The notes beneath the pieces were generated by a model, which was not told where the DNA came from, made no database searches, and saw nothing but the letters and a program-made list of their open reading frames with translations. DNA of 64,000 bases, from assembly GCF_009914755.1 (NCBI RefSeq), contig NC_060926.1; one strand, 5' to 3'. Made by a program: the position numbers and the translations under genes. This DNA is from the human T2T-CHM13v2.0 reference genome, Homo sapiens. Of the stretch, positions 1-11,631 are shown piece by piece (position 1 is the stretch's first letter; every line of letters starts with the position of its first letter).

Positions 1-102
1 AATCGTTTTACAATGCATACATATATCAAAGCATCATGCTGTACCTTATAAATATATACACTTTTTATTTGTCAATTATACCTCAATAAAGCTGGAAAAA
101 AA
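1..102 (+). mobile_element. Old L1 (L1MA/L1MB-type) 3' end, cut by window edge
   Basis: ...ttttatttgtcaattatacctcaataaagctgg followed by an A-run matches recalled L1M 3' termini. Confidence 0.75.
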
Positions 103-606
103 TACCAGACAAAAACTTGACAATCTCCTGTATCCTATCTACGCCTAATATTGCATAGAGTTAGAATGCTTTCAGAAAGGCTTAGCTGGGAGGAGGAGTG
201 TAGAACTCTTTTAACAGCATTTCCAGGATTTTTTAGTGACTCATAGTTCTAGGCATTCATGTGAATTCCCAACTTGCATTTAAACTTTACAATCATTTAA
301 AAAGAGAATGCCTTCCAACTTTTCATGATAATGAGATGAAAACTTCTTCATAGAAAGCTTTAAAATAGCATTAGTTTTGCATTCCTTTTCTCCCGTCCTC
401 ACATATTGATATATTCAATCACATTATTAGTGGAACTGCGTCTTGAATTTCAGAGGAAAAACAGCGAAAAACAGTGTGGGATGCAGAATATTGGCACCGC
501 TGAAAAATTAACTGGAGTTTTGCCCTCGTTTTTGGGAGATGCCATAATAATTCAGGTATTATGACATTTTCCTCATTGTTTTGATCTGATTTCCTCCCTT
601 GGTATG

Positions 607-765
607 TGTATTAGTCAGGTTTGCGTGGTAATAAGTATCTCATTAATTTCAATGGCTTAAACATCAAGTATTTATTCTCATTCACACTACATGTATGTTG
701 CAGGTCAGGTAGTTTGAGCTCTACATAACTCTTCATTTTGGGACCCAAACTGAAAAGACAGTTCC
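607..765 (-). mobile_element. Old MaLR LTR fragment (MLT1-type)
   Basis: tgtattagtcagg...tttcaatggcttaaacatcaagtatttattctc is typical of the reverse-complement MLT1 3' end. Confidence 0.55.
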
Positions 766-1142
766 TGTCAAAAATAAAATGGGATCAAGTTTAAAAAATT
801 CAAAGTCTATTGCGCATACAAAAGAACAGTTCATCAACAGGGAAACCTCATACTGAAAGTGTTAAGAAGCTCAGAGGCATAGCATTACAGGCTAACTAAT
901 GAAAATGAGGAAGTTATTTAACCTTTGTAATAACTGGTTATTACAATGGGGGTTTTCAGATAGCAGAGCATTGATACAAAGCGGTCATCTTATACCATTT
1001 TTGGAAGGCGATTTAAGTTTTATTCATGATTATCAGAGGAATTTACAAGAAATAGCTAAGTTTTGCTTGCATGGCCTAACTGGTTTTGTCTGCCCGGGGG
1101 ATTCTCAAGAGCTTGTGGTCTCCATTTTATTTTATTTTAACA
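766..1142. mobile_element. Probable solo ERV LTR (TG...CA termini), family unassigned, abutting the MLT1 fragment
   Basis: Begins tgtcaaaaataaaatgg and ends ccattttattttattttaaca; flanks ttcc/ctcc resemble a degenerate 4-bp TSD. Confidence 0.4.
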
Positions 1143-1903
1143 CTCCTGAAAGAAACACCCAGTTCCATTTAAGTATTCTGCTCAAACATAATATTTGGCA
1201 GGGTACCTCATCTTCCATTGTTTAAAATATTTCATAAAACCAAGCCCAACATCACAGAGGCAGGAACTAATACTTTTCCCACAGGATACACTAAAGGTTT
1301 AATACAGAAAGAACAAATAACAGCAAAATATAATCCAATATACCACAGTATTATAGAAGGTGTGACTCTTATTTTTCAAGCTCAGATGTACAAATACAAT
1401 ATTTTTTACCTTCTATAATAAAATTTAATATGGATCTTTGGGTCCCCAGCTATGAACAGATAGGACTTTATCAGTTTTTTTCTTTTATCAGGGTTCTTCC
1501 CATTTCTACTCAAATCTAGATTACATCCCTAATCTTCACTAGGTCAAAGTGTCTGCTAGCATATGGATCTCATTTTTTTTTTGTTTATATGGGATGTGGC
1601 TGAGACCATCAGATTAAGATCACTTCTTCATGCCTTTCAACCTTCTATACCTTTTATGCCAAACTTTGGACATGGATATTTTGTGATTTGTCTATGGTCT
1701 TGGTTGCCTAGGCACACCATGACACCATTTCTTCCTGAGAATCTTGCCATAACACTGTTGGTTTTTTCCAAGAAACAGGGTGTAAGCTGCTTCTGCACCT
1801 ATATCATATGAAACGTTCAGATCTTGAAGCATTCCTGGTTTCTCCAGTCTAGGAGTAGATGCAGGCAATCTGTCTGCCTTAAGATCCATGGGCTTCTTTG
1901 TTT

Positions 1904-2400
1904 GTGTCTTAGTTTGGATTTCCCAGGATGAGATCCTGAAACAAGGATTCAAATTCAAGAAGTCTATTTGGTAAGTGCTGAAAGTACCAATAGGAATGTG
2001 GGGGAAAATAATGCAGAAAAAGGAAGACTGTCTAGAGTATGCTATTAACCCAGTGGGAGTCTGGAGCTGCATCTTACACAGAAATGCTGACAAAGGATTA
2101 TCACATTGGAGGGAAGAGGGAACTGGGATATTTATACACCGATTCTTGAGAGGTTCTTCTATATCCTTAGAAGACGAAGGGAAACACACAAGTAAACCAA
2201 TGACTCTTAGGGGTTTCTGGGATGGAGTTGATTCCTCCACACTTTCTGCCTGCATTTGTCATGGGGCAGTCAGGCTTTCTTCAGTTCTGGAGAAACAAGC
2301 CCTTAGGTACAGAGATGTAGATATTGCCATATCTAGCCCTAGTCAAATAAAGTTCACTGACAGGGTGAAGGTTAAGGGCAGGAAAAACACCTCTGCCACA
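1904..2400 (-). mobile_element. ERVL-class LTR (LTR33/LTR16-like)
   Basis: tgtcttagtttggatttccc...cctgaaacaaggattcaaattcaagaagtctatttgg...ctctgccaca resembles recalled LTR33 in reverse. Confidence 0.5.
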
Positions 2401-2790
2401 GCTTGCATCATCTTCCATACACCCTGGCCAAGCCCTTTCTAATCTTTGGGAAAGACTTTTCCTTCATGTTTTTGGCTAAAACATTTAGCCTGATAAACTC
2501 TAATAAACTCTCTCCTTTTCCTAGCCTTGGCCTTTTGCAAGTCAAACAAGGAGAATTCATAGGCTACTTTGTTTTATTGCTCTGCTGTTTTCCCTAGTCC
2601 TTAGACCATGCCACCTTCTGATCCCTGAGGCAATGTCCACAGGGGTTACCTACCTGTGGAAAGGAAAGGAAAGGAAAATGGATAAGAAGAACAAAACAAG
2701 AACTAAAAGAAACACAGGTTATTATCTCAAAGTTGCTTTTGTTTTTTTTGCAATCTTTTTATCTTACAGAGGTATAATGTGAGAGGGCTA

Positions 2791-3188
2791 TGTATCTGGT
2801 AGACTAACTGCTAAATAACAACCCAATTTCTCAGTGGCTTAACACAATACAAGGTTACTTCTTGCTCACAGCGTAATGAAACACGGGCCCACTGAAGGAT
2901 GTGGCTGGTGGGGACTGCGCCCCAGTCAGTGATTCAAGAACCCAGGCCCAGTCCATCTTGTGTTTCCACCCCTTCTGGGTTCTCAACTACATCTCCACTA
3001 AGTTTTCAGCTAGGAAAAAGCCTGGAAGGATTATGCATGAGAGGATTTTATGGATAAGTGTTAATTGGAGTTGACTTATTCCCAAATTCTATTGGTCAAA
3101 ACTCATCATATGGCAAATCAGTAAATCTAGTTTGTTTATATGCTTAGAAGAAAAAGGGAAACCAACAGTTTATAACTGTTTTGCCACA
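2791..3188 (-). mobile_element. MLT1 (J/K-like) MaLR LTR
   Basis: acccaatttctcagtggcttaacacaatacaaggttacttcttgctcaca motif; ends gttttgccaca. Confidence 0.6.
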
Positions 3189-3249
3189 GTTACAACAGTC
3201 TTTGCCGCAGTGTGCCAACTGGTTTAAGAGCAAAGTACCAAACAGGGAC

Positions 3250-3400
3250 TTGGAAGACATTAGTTTTAATTGCATTTCTCTACTACTATCACTATGATAG
3301 TTAGCAAGTAACTAAGCTAGTTACTTGACATTCAGGACTCAGTTATTGATCTGGAAAATAGGGACAATAATATCTCTTCCACTTGCTTAGACTCATTGAC
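3250..3400 (+). mobile_element. MIR fragment
   Basis: gttacttgacattcaggactcagttattgatctggaaaatagggacaataata, degenerate MIR core. Confidence 0.55.
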
Positions 3401-3436
3401 TGTTGGAACCAAAAGGGGTATTAGAAATTTAGGGTA

Positions 3437-3620
3437 CAGCATGCTTCTCCAAGCATGCTACCCTAAGCAAGCTGATACCTAAGACCACATGAATTGATTA
3501 TTTGAGCAACACCAGGACCTACTGACAAAGAATCTCTGATGTAGAAGGGCTGTGTAGTATCTGCATTTTATAATTTTCTCAGGGCATTTTTATACATATA
3601 AAAATGTAAGATCCATTATC
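3437..3620. mobile_element. MER5-type hAT-Charlie MITE, degenerate
   Basis: ccaggacctactgacaaagaatctct...atctgcatttta pattern. Confidence 0.45.
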
Positions 3621-3989
3621 CTGGTCAAACTTTTCATTTTACAGTTAAAAAAATAAAATCCCAGGATAATATACAGTAACTCATCAGATAGTGCTACTTA
3701 GTATTAGACTAAGGCTGAAACCTCTTTCTTCTGTGTCACTACTGGATTTTTTTTTTTCTAAAGTACTTTGTCCAATGAGGCTATTTTTGAGGATCAGACA
3801 ACATAATGTATGTAAACACGTTTCCTTTGAACTATAATTCACCATATAAAAATATTATTTAATTTTGTAGCTCCTGGTCAACAAATATTTCCTTCAGTCT
3901 TTATCTAGCTTTGAAAATAACATTTTACTTTTAATAATTACATTATATTATGAAAGATTAAAAGCAAAAGGTGGGAACACTGAGTTAGT

Positions 3990-4799
3990 TCTGGAACTTA
4001 GAAATTTCCTGATTATTATTAGGCAAGTCTCTCCTTCCTAAAAAGTGCTGTAGACCAAGGTAGCCACAAGTGAATGTGTTTCTGTATGTTATCCACTTCC
4101 AGCCCATCTTAGGCAGGCTCCTGTCTCTAAGTTTTGAAGACTTCCTGTATCTCCCATCCACAAAACACAAACTCAGCCTTGGGTCTGTGGCTGATTTTAC
4201 CTGAAGGGCCTCTTCTGGTCAGTACAACATCCTGGGCTTCAAATGGCTTCCTACCCTTCCTGCAGAGGCAGAGAATTTTTGCTTTTCCCTGCTGCCCAGA
4301 GGCACTGAATTTTGCCTGTGTCTAGGTTCATGAGAGGCTTTCCTCCTCCCTTTCCATGGCACACAGGTCTTCCTTGTACCTCTTCCTCAGAATCAGAAGC
4401 AGGGCATTTTTCCCTGGGCCTGGGGAGCTGAGCATGAGTGTGCTCACAGCTCCTCCCCAGTGGAGGAAGTCTCCACTTCCTGTTAGATGTGGGTCTAACA
4501 GGAAGTGAGTGGGGCTTTGCACCTGGCCCCCAGTAGATACTGTTCTCCTGCATGCCTCTCAAGGTCCTTTGCCCTCATCCCAAATCTTCCTCATGATGGA
4601 GGACCATGGAAAAGGGCTTGTGATAGAGTTCACACTCTATCACACTTTCCTTGTTTCTAGGACTCCTAGCTAATTCAAGTTATTTTCTAGGGCACACTTG
4701 GCCGTTAATAATTCATTAAAATTTTAGCTGATTTCATTTACCTTTTGTAAGATCTCTACCTGTCCTGCTCTCTGCTAAAGGTGAATTTCTCTCTTTCTT

Positions 4800-4848
<49 letters not shown>

Positions 4849-5030
4849 TGTGTGGTATCTCTTTGAAGGGGCTTGTTACTCGGATTCAATTTATTTGGTT
4901 GCTTTGTGACCTCAGTGCTCTGATGGACTTACAAAAAGTTATGATTTTGTAGATTATTCAGCTTTTTTTAATTAGTGTGTGATCAGTATTCTCTGTGACT
5001 TTCTGCAACCTAAGCAGATGCAGAATTCCC
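3990..5030 (-). mobile_element. Old L1M 5'-region fragment
   Basis: ttgctttgtgacctcagtgctctgatggacttacaaaaagttatgattttgtagattattcagctttt at ~4900-4970 resembles recalled L1M 5' ends in reverse; left boundary uncertain. Confidence 0.5.
4788..4846. repeat. Compound (CT)n(GT)n microsatellite
   Basis: Read directly from sequence. Confidence 0.95.
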
Positions 5031-5039
5031 CCTTATATT

Positions 5040-5155
5040 TTTTATTATTACTGCTGCTGGTGGTGATACCAGTATCATAGTGTTGATAATATAATATAAT
5101 ATTACTGATAGTAGTAGTAGCACAGTAGTAGTAGTAGTAGTAATAATTTGTTGTT
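5040..5155. repeat. Low-complexity trinucleotide mosaic including (TAG)n
   Basis: tat/ctg/gtg/taa/tag triplet runs read directly. Confidence 0.8.
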
Positions 5156-5779
5156 AAATTTGGCCCTGAAAGCCATTTGGTTCTAGGACACTTTCTATTT
5201 ATAAAATACAAATATATTGTGATCCACTGTCAGCCTGACAGAGACATCACTGTGGACAGTTTAGAAACACTGTCTTGGCCCAGGTATAAATTGTTACTGT
5301 GATTTTATTCTACGTCCAGACTATTCTTAACCATTGCATATATTTGGGCTTTGTGATCTGCTCTGTGAGCTTCATGGTCTGTATTGTTGTCGCAGGCACA
5401 AGGAAGTCACATGTGGCCTGCCCAGCTTTGCAATATAGCCTGACTGAGGAAGCCTACACAGATATGCCCTAGGTAAGCCTAGCGTCTTCCAGGCCCATGG
5501 TAGCCTTTGTGGTAATGGCATATTTTACATAATGTTGCCTAGGTCTGAAAGACATAATGAGACTGAAGAGTTGAATTTGTATAGCAAGCAGGAGCAAGTA
5601 CCCATGGGCGCAGCATTAGGGTGATGGTAGGAATGGGCTTCTCACTAGCCCATAGGTCACAAGACCTATAACATTACTGGGCTGTTGTAAGGTGGACTAT
5701 GACTTTTAATGCTGTTTTGCCTACTATGTTCCAACATGAAGAAGAAGAAAGGGGTGGTCACGTTGAGCCCATGATTTTA

Positions 5780-5975
5780 CTGTGTGACCTTAGGTGATTT
5801 ACTTAACCCTCTATTGTCTAAATTGCATCATCTATAAAATAGGAATGTTAATAATAATAATAACAATAATGTTTATCTCATAAGGGTATTGTGAAGACTA
5901 AGTGAGTTAATCCATGTGAAATGTTTACGAGTACCTGCCATATATTAAGCCCTAAATAAATATTAGTTGTCATTA
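5780..5975 (+). mobile_element. MIR
   Basis: tgtgtgaccttaggtgatttacttaaccc...catctataaaatagg...ctcataagggtattgtgaagactaagtgagttaat. Confidence 0.85.
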
Positions 5976-5980
5976 AATAA

Positions 5981-6365
<385 letters not shown>

Positions 6366-8821
6366 TCTGATCTATTTTAATAAAATACCTCTTCAATATC
6401 TGCACCTTTGTGTCCTAAGTAATTTTCAAAAAGAAATTTATAAATAATCAGCTATGAAATTATTAACAACTATATTTATTCTTCAACATTCTATTTAAAT
6501 CCTTGTTTGGATATAGCCAAGAAAATGCCTAATGAAAACTGAGCATTTTTACGGAAGCAGAATGAGGTATAATTCCTATAACATATAGCAAATATATACT
6601 ATTTGTTTCATTTCAATGGAAAATGTCTTGCTTACAGAAAATACTGTTAATCTTTTTAAAATAATGAAAGTGCTTATAAACTAAGAAAAGACAAAAGATA
6701 TTAACCTAAAAGCTATTAAACTAAACAGTAATATCTGTTAAACATTATAGTATTAAAATCAATTTCCGTAGCTGCCAGCCACTTTGATCCCAACATTTTA
6801 GCTAAGAAGAGAACATAAAGGAAAGAAACATATGTGTCAGGTAAATAATAAATGAATGCAAGAGCAAGTTTATCAAAATATTTTCTAATACATAAAATAT
6901 AGTTGAAAACATTTGCTCAATTCTTCAAATGGACTCCCTTGTCAAAAATGTTGCTCATCACCACTTTTGCATCTTTGAAATTTTCTTAGAAATTTTTGGT
7001 GTTATTAACACAACAAAGTCCAAGACAAAATAGATAAGTTATTTATAAAATGAATGAAAGCATTTGGTAATTTCAGGCAGCTCAAGGAAAAGGTCATTTG
7101 TTAATTCATTTATTTATCAAAGAAACCCCATATGAATGTTGTGGGCACTGTGCTAAGGAGATACATAGAAGAGTAAGATACACTGCAGGGTACGATGATG
7201 TTCTGCACACAAATAATTTGTACACCACCAAATGAAAGTTGTGTCAGTGAAAATCACAGAAAGTGCTTAAGAAATGTGAATTTCAAAAATATGTGAGTTT
7301 CTGTTGAGAGACATAAGCACACCGAATTAATTTGATTATCAAAGTCGAATACTTTATTCTTTTATGTTATTAAGCAAATCTACTTTTATAACTGCCCTAT
7401 AAATAGGAATCAGACAATAAAACTGAAAAACAGACTATATATAAATGGACAACTGAGAAAAGAAGATAGATGTGGTGAGGAACCAGTCTTCTTGAATCCC
7501 AGGTAAGAGGCAACATTCTAAAAACTGGAGGGACCCTTTAGTACCCCTACATGGCTTTGTAAAAGAGCTTGACCCTGAGTTAGTGTTCATAAAAACTGAG
7601 ATAATTCTGTGAGATCTGGAACTGCTGTATAACTTTTTAGCTATTTCCTGTGAAGGTTTTCAGTGAGCTTCATGTGTAATGTAAATATTTCAAAAGGGCA
7701 GTTTAGTAAAACAAGAAATAGCCCAACTCTGTATTGTTTCAACATTCAATGAGAATAACTTATATTCAAAAGTTGTAGGAATTTAGGCGTAGAGAAAGCT
7801 ACTGTCACACATTTAAAATGCACAAAACAGCAGAGGAAGTAGAGGGAAATTTAAGAGCTGAGATCTGACACAACGAAGGTTGTGTTTCTTCACAAGGAAG
7901 GCATAGAGTCTGAACTGGATTTTTTCAGTTGTTGAAACACTAGACAAGGAGAGACTTGGTATCTTTAAATCTGTGAAAGTAGATTGTTTCAAGAAATGCT
8001 ATATTTTAAGACAATTTTAATCAAACCTATTTAACTGCCAGAAATATTTTCACTTGTATTAATATATTTAGAGATATTAAGATTCAAATCTGAACTGCAT
8101 CCTTTCTTACTTGGTTATTTGCTCTAAATTAAAATGCTTTGTATCCTTTAATCCTTTCTATCCTTTAGTTTTTTGCTACATACAAAACTTCAAATCATGT
8201 AGAATTAGTGAGAATGTAAACTGTCTTTTATAATGGCTTTATTTTCATACTATTAAAATCTTATTAAAATGTGGAAATGTTAAAATATTAAGTGTCTGTA
8301 AAATGTGATGCTAATATTAATTTTGGAAGGTTTAATGTCTTGAAATGGATATTAATTGCTCTAAAGATTAAAGTGTTATTCTTTGATGTTTCTGGAATGT
8401 ATTCATCCCTTGAGATATGCCATTACACACCTTTCTTTCCCAGAAATTTTGCATTTAGGGACATGAGAGTTTAATTTACAAAATTGACTATTTTTCTTTT
8501 TTTTAGCCATTAAATTTAAAATATGTCCTATCATCCTAATAAAATTTCTTTGGTTTCACAGAAATATTAAAGATGCTTATTTGGAGAACAAATTTAATTC
8601 AAAACATTTCTTATAATGTACTTATGATGTGCTCAACAATGACTTAGGAGTACCCCAGAAAATAAAGTACTCTCAAAAATTGACAATATCAATAACAGGA
8701 TAATATACATGAAATAGATAATTACCCAAAATGTATAACTTGAAAGAAGGGTAGAATTTTGATTGGAGAAGATGATATTCCAAAACAGAAGATTCAGCAT
8801 GAGTTTTATGAAAAAAGTTTC

Positions 8822-9050
8822 AGCCTGTACAACAAAGAGAGACCTTGCCTCTACAAAAAATAAAACAATTAGCCAGCTTTGGTTACACATGACTGTGTTT
8901 CCAGCTACTCTGGAGGCTGAGGCAAGAGGATCACTTGAGCCCAGGAGGTTGAGGCTGCAGTGAGCCATGTTCATGCCACTGCACTCTACCCTGGGCAACA
9001 CAGTGAGACACAGTCTCAAAATAAATAAATAAATAAAAGAAAAGAATAAA
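8822..9050 (+). mobile_element. 5'-truncated AluJ with TSD
   Basis: ggatcacttgagcccaggaggttgaggctgcagtgagc (J-type); TSD gaaaaaagtttc at 8810-8821 and 9051-9062. Confidence 0.92.
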
Positions 9051-9899
9051 GAAAAAAGTTTCTTTCTGGGATAGGGAGAAGTGGGTCAACGTGTTAGGTA
9101 GGTAATTTAGTATCAAATTTTGGGGGGCCATAGTGGAAGCAAACAGAGGAAAGAAGTTGATTAAAAGGAAAAAAAGGCCTTATGATGGTCATGGAAAATT
9201 TTGACTGAAATGGGGCGACTGAATTAGGTGAATTTCAGAGTGAAGTTTCAAGAGAACATTAAGAATTGAAGTCACATTATTGAAGTCTAAGAAGAAAACA
9301 GTTACGATAAATGTTGGCAGCAGGAATAGCCCACTCATCTGAGGAAAAAGAAAATTAGGGTCAAAGAAAGTTGCAGAGTAAGTACCTGTGTGTGTGTTCA
9401 GGATAGATAATACATTCTCTAAAATGTGATCAAATGAAAATCAAATATCCAACATGAATATATGGAATATACTCTTTCTCGAATATAGTGAATGAACACA
9501 ATTATATGACTAAAAGCATTAGATAACCTTAGTATTTATTGTATCATGAATCCCTTTTATGTGTAAGCAGCCTTACCTTCTGAGGATGTAATCTTGATAG
9601 TAGATTTAGATTTGTTTTCTGGCACTAGGTAATTTCCAAGAACAACAATGTGCCCTTTATATTAGCAAAACGAAACAGTGTTGGGACAATTTGGTATAAT
9701 TACCACTCTATAAACCAATTAAGTCTATGTTAGCACCTTCCTCCCCAGCTTCTACGGGACTGAGGTGCCTGAATGCTAACTATTCCTATTCCTGGAATGT
9801 AGAGTATCTGTTTTATAGTAGATGTTTGTTACTTTTCCTCTGTTTAGGACTTTACAATTTAGGAAATCCTCCTTTCTGACATGGAAGTGGTCAATCAAT

Positions 9900-10780
9900 A
9901 GCCTTTAACATCCCCTAATTCCTCTCTCGATCCTACCCACCCAACACAAAAGTCATCCTCTGATTCAGCCTTGCCAATCAGATTCTTCACACTCCTAATC
10001 ATAGTGATGGATGATTGGTTCAGCATAGTTAGACATGTGACCAAGTCATGTGTATTAGGCCATTCTCACCCTGCTATAAAGAAATACCTGAGACTGGGTA
10101 ACTTATAAAGAAAAGACATTTAATTGGCTAATGGTTTGGCAGGCTATAAAGGAAGCATAGTGGCATTTGCTTCTGGGAAGGCCTCAGGAAGCTTACAATC
10201 ACGGCAGGTGAAGAGGGAGCAGACACTTCACATGGCCAAAACAGGAGCAAGAGAGGGAGGGTGGAGGCGCCACATGCTTTTAAATGACCAGATCTCGAGA
10301 GAACTCACTCACTATCCTGAGGACTGTATAAAGAGTATGGTGTTAAACCATTCATGAGAAATCCACCCCCATGATCCAGTTATATCCCACCAGGCCCCAC
10401 CTCCAACACTAGGGATTATAATCCAACATGAGATTTGAGTGGGAACACAGATCCAAACCATACCACCAGGATAATCAGAGTATTTCCAGAGCTTACACCA
10501 AAGATAGCTACAGAAAAGATGTATATTTCTATTTTCTCAGAGATTGCTAGCCTGAAAGGACAAATAAACCCAGAACTGCCAATTATATTTGCAATCATAT
10601 CAGAGAAACATTCTTGAGAATGAAGCCAGCTCAGAAAAAGCAAAGCTGAGAGATAAGAAGGGATAGAGCCCTAATTAAATTCTTTTAAATTCCTGGATCC
10701 AGCCATGGCTAAAATTTTCAGTTATATGAGCCAGTACATTCCTTTTCTTTTCATCAGTCAGCTGTCATTTGCTACATAAA
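9900..10780 (+). mobile_element. Old ERVL LTR (LTR16-like), interrupted by MST
   Basis: cctggatccagccatggct...ttttcagttatatgagccagtacattcctttt resembles the LTR16-family 3' end; boundaries approximate. Confidence 0.45.
10051..10465 (-). mobile_element. MST (MSTA/MSTB) solo LTR
   Basis: tgtattaggccattctc...gctataaagaaatacctgagactgggtaa...cagatccaaaccatacca. Confidence 0.9.
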
Positions 10781-11022
10781 AGGTGCAGCTTAACACAATT
10801 GAGGAGAGTAATTGGTCATAAGCTAAGAAAAAAAAAGTATGAACAAAGAATTGTTCTCTTCTCTGAATACCTAGAACACTTTACTCTTCATTTCTACAAG
10901 AAATGCATAACTCACTCTATCATGAGTTGTGGTCCTATGTGTACTTATTTATATCTCTGGCACTAGAATGTGAGCTTTTTGAGGGCAAAGATAGTTTTTG
11001 GGTGTACTCTGACATTCTACCA

Positions 11023-11300
11023 TGTGGCAGACACTGTAAACTGTTTAGCCCCAGTCATTCTAAGCACTTTCCTTTTGGTCACCTACCACTATGGAGAGGG
11101 ACAAAAGTCAGCTATTCACACTTCTGGTCTTTCTGCAGTTAGGAGTGATGACATTGCCTAGTTTTGCTCATTGAGATATAATGGAAATCTGCTGGGAGAA
11201 ATGTTTTGTTTTCCGATAAAACAAAGGATGTATTTCTGGCAATGCCTCTTTTTTCTTCGGTCCTAGAATATAAATGTACAAAGATGATGTCCTGAGCATA
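11023..11300 (+). mobile_element. Possible LTR33-like fragment
   Basis: Starts tgtggcagacactgt; remainder degenerate. Confidence 0.3.
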
Positions 11301-11304
11301 TAAT

Positions 11305-11500
11305 CATTAGAATCAGAGGACTTGGGTGATTTTATTTTCTACAGTTTACTAAGTATATGACCTTATGTGAGTCAATAATTCTCTATGAATTTGTTTCCTT
11401 TTATTACATGTAGGAGTAAATAACATTCCATAAGTACTTCATGGGTTGGTGGAAGGATCAAGTTGGAAAATGCATGTAAATATATTTTATAAATTACAGG
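11305..11500 (+). mobile_element. MIR
   Basis: agaatcagaggacttggg...tatgaccttatgtgagtc...ggatcaagttggaaaatgcatgtaaa. Confidence 0.6.
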
Positions 11501-11631
11501 GTGCTAAACAAATTAGATAGTGTGTTGGTTTTTAACTGACTCTTAATTGCCCTATGCAGAGTTATACTGATATCACATCCTTGTAATGTTAGCAACAGAG
11601 GCCTTTTAAGAGAATATTATTAATTATTTAT

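Noticed and set aside
1692-2442. 187-aa and 155-aa overlapping ORFs
   Set aside because: Mostly within an LTR remnant; no recognisable domain
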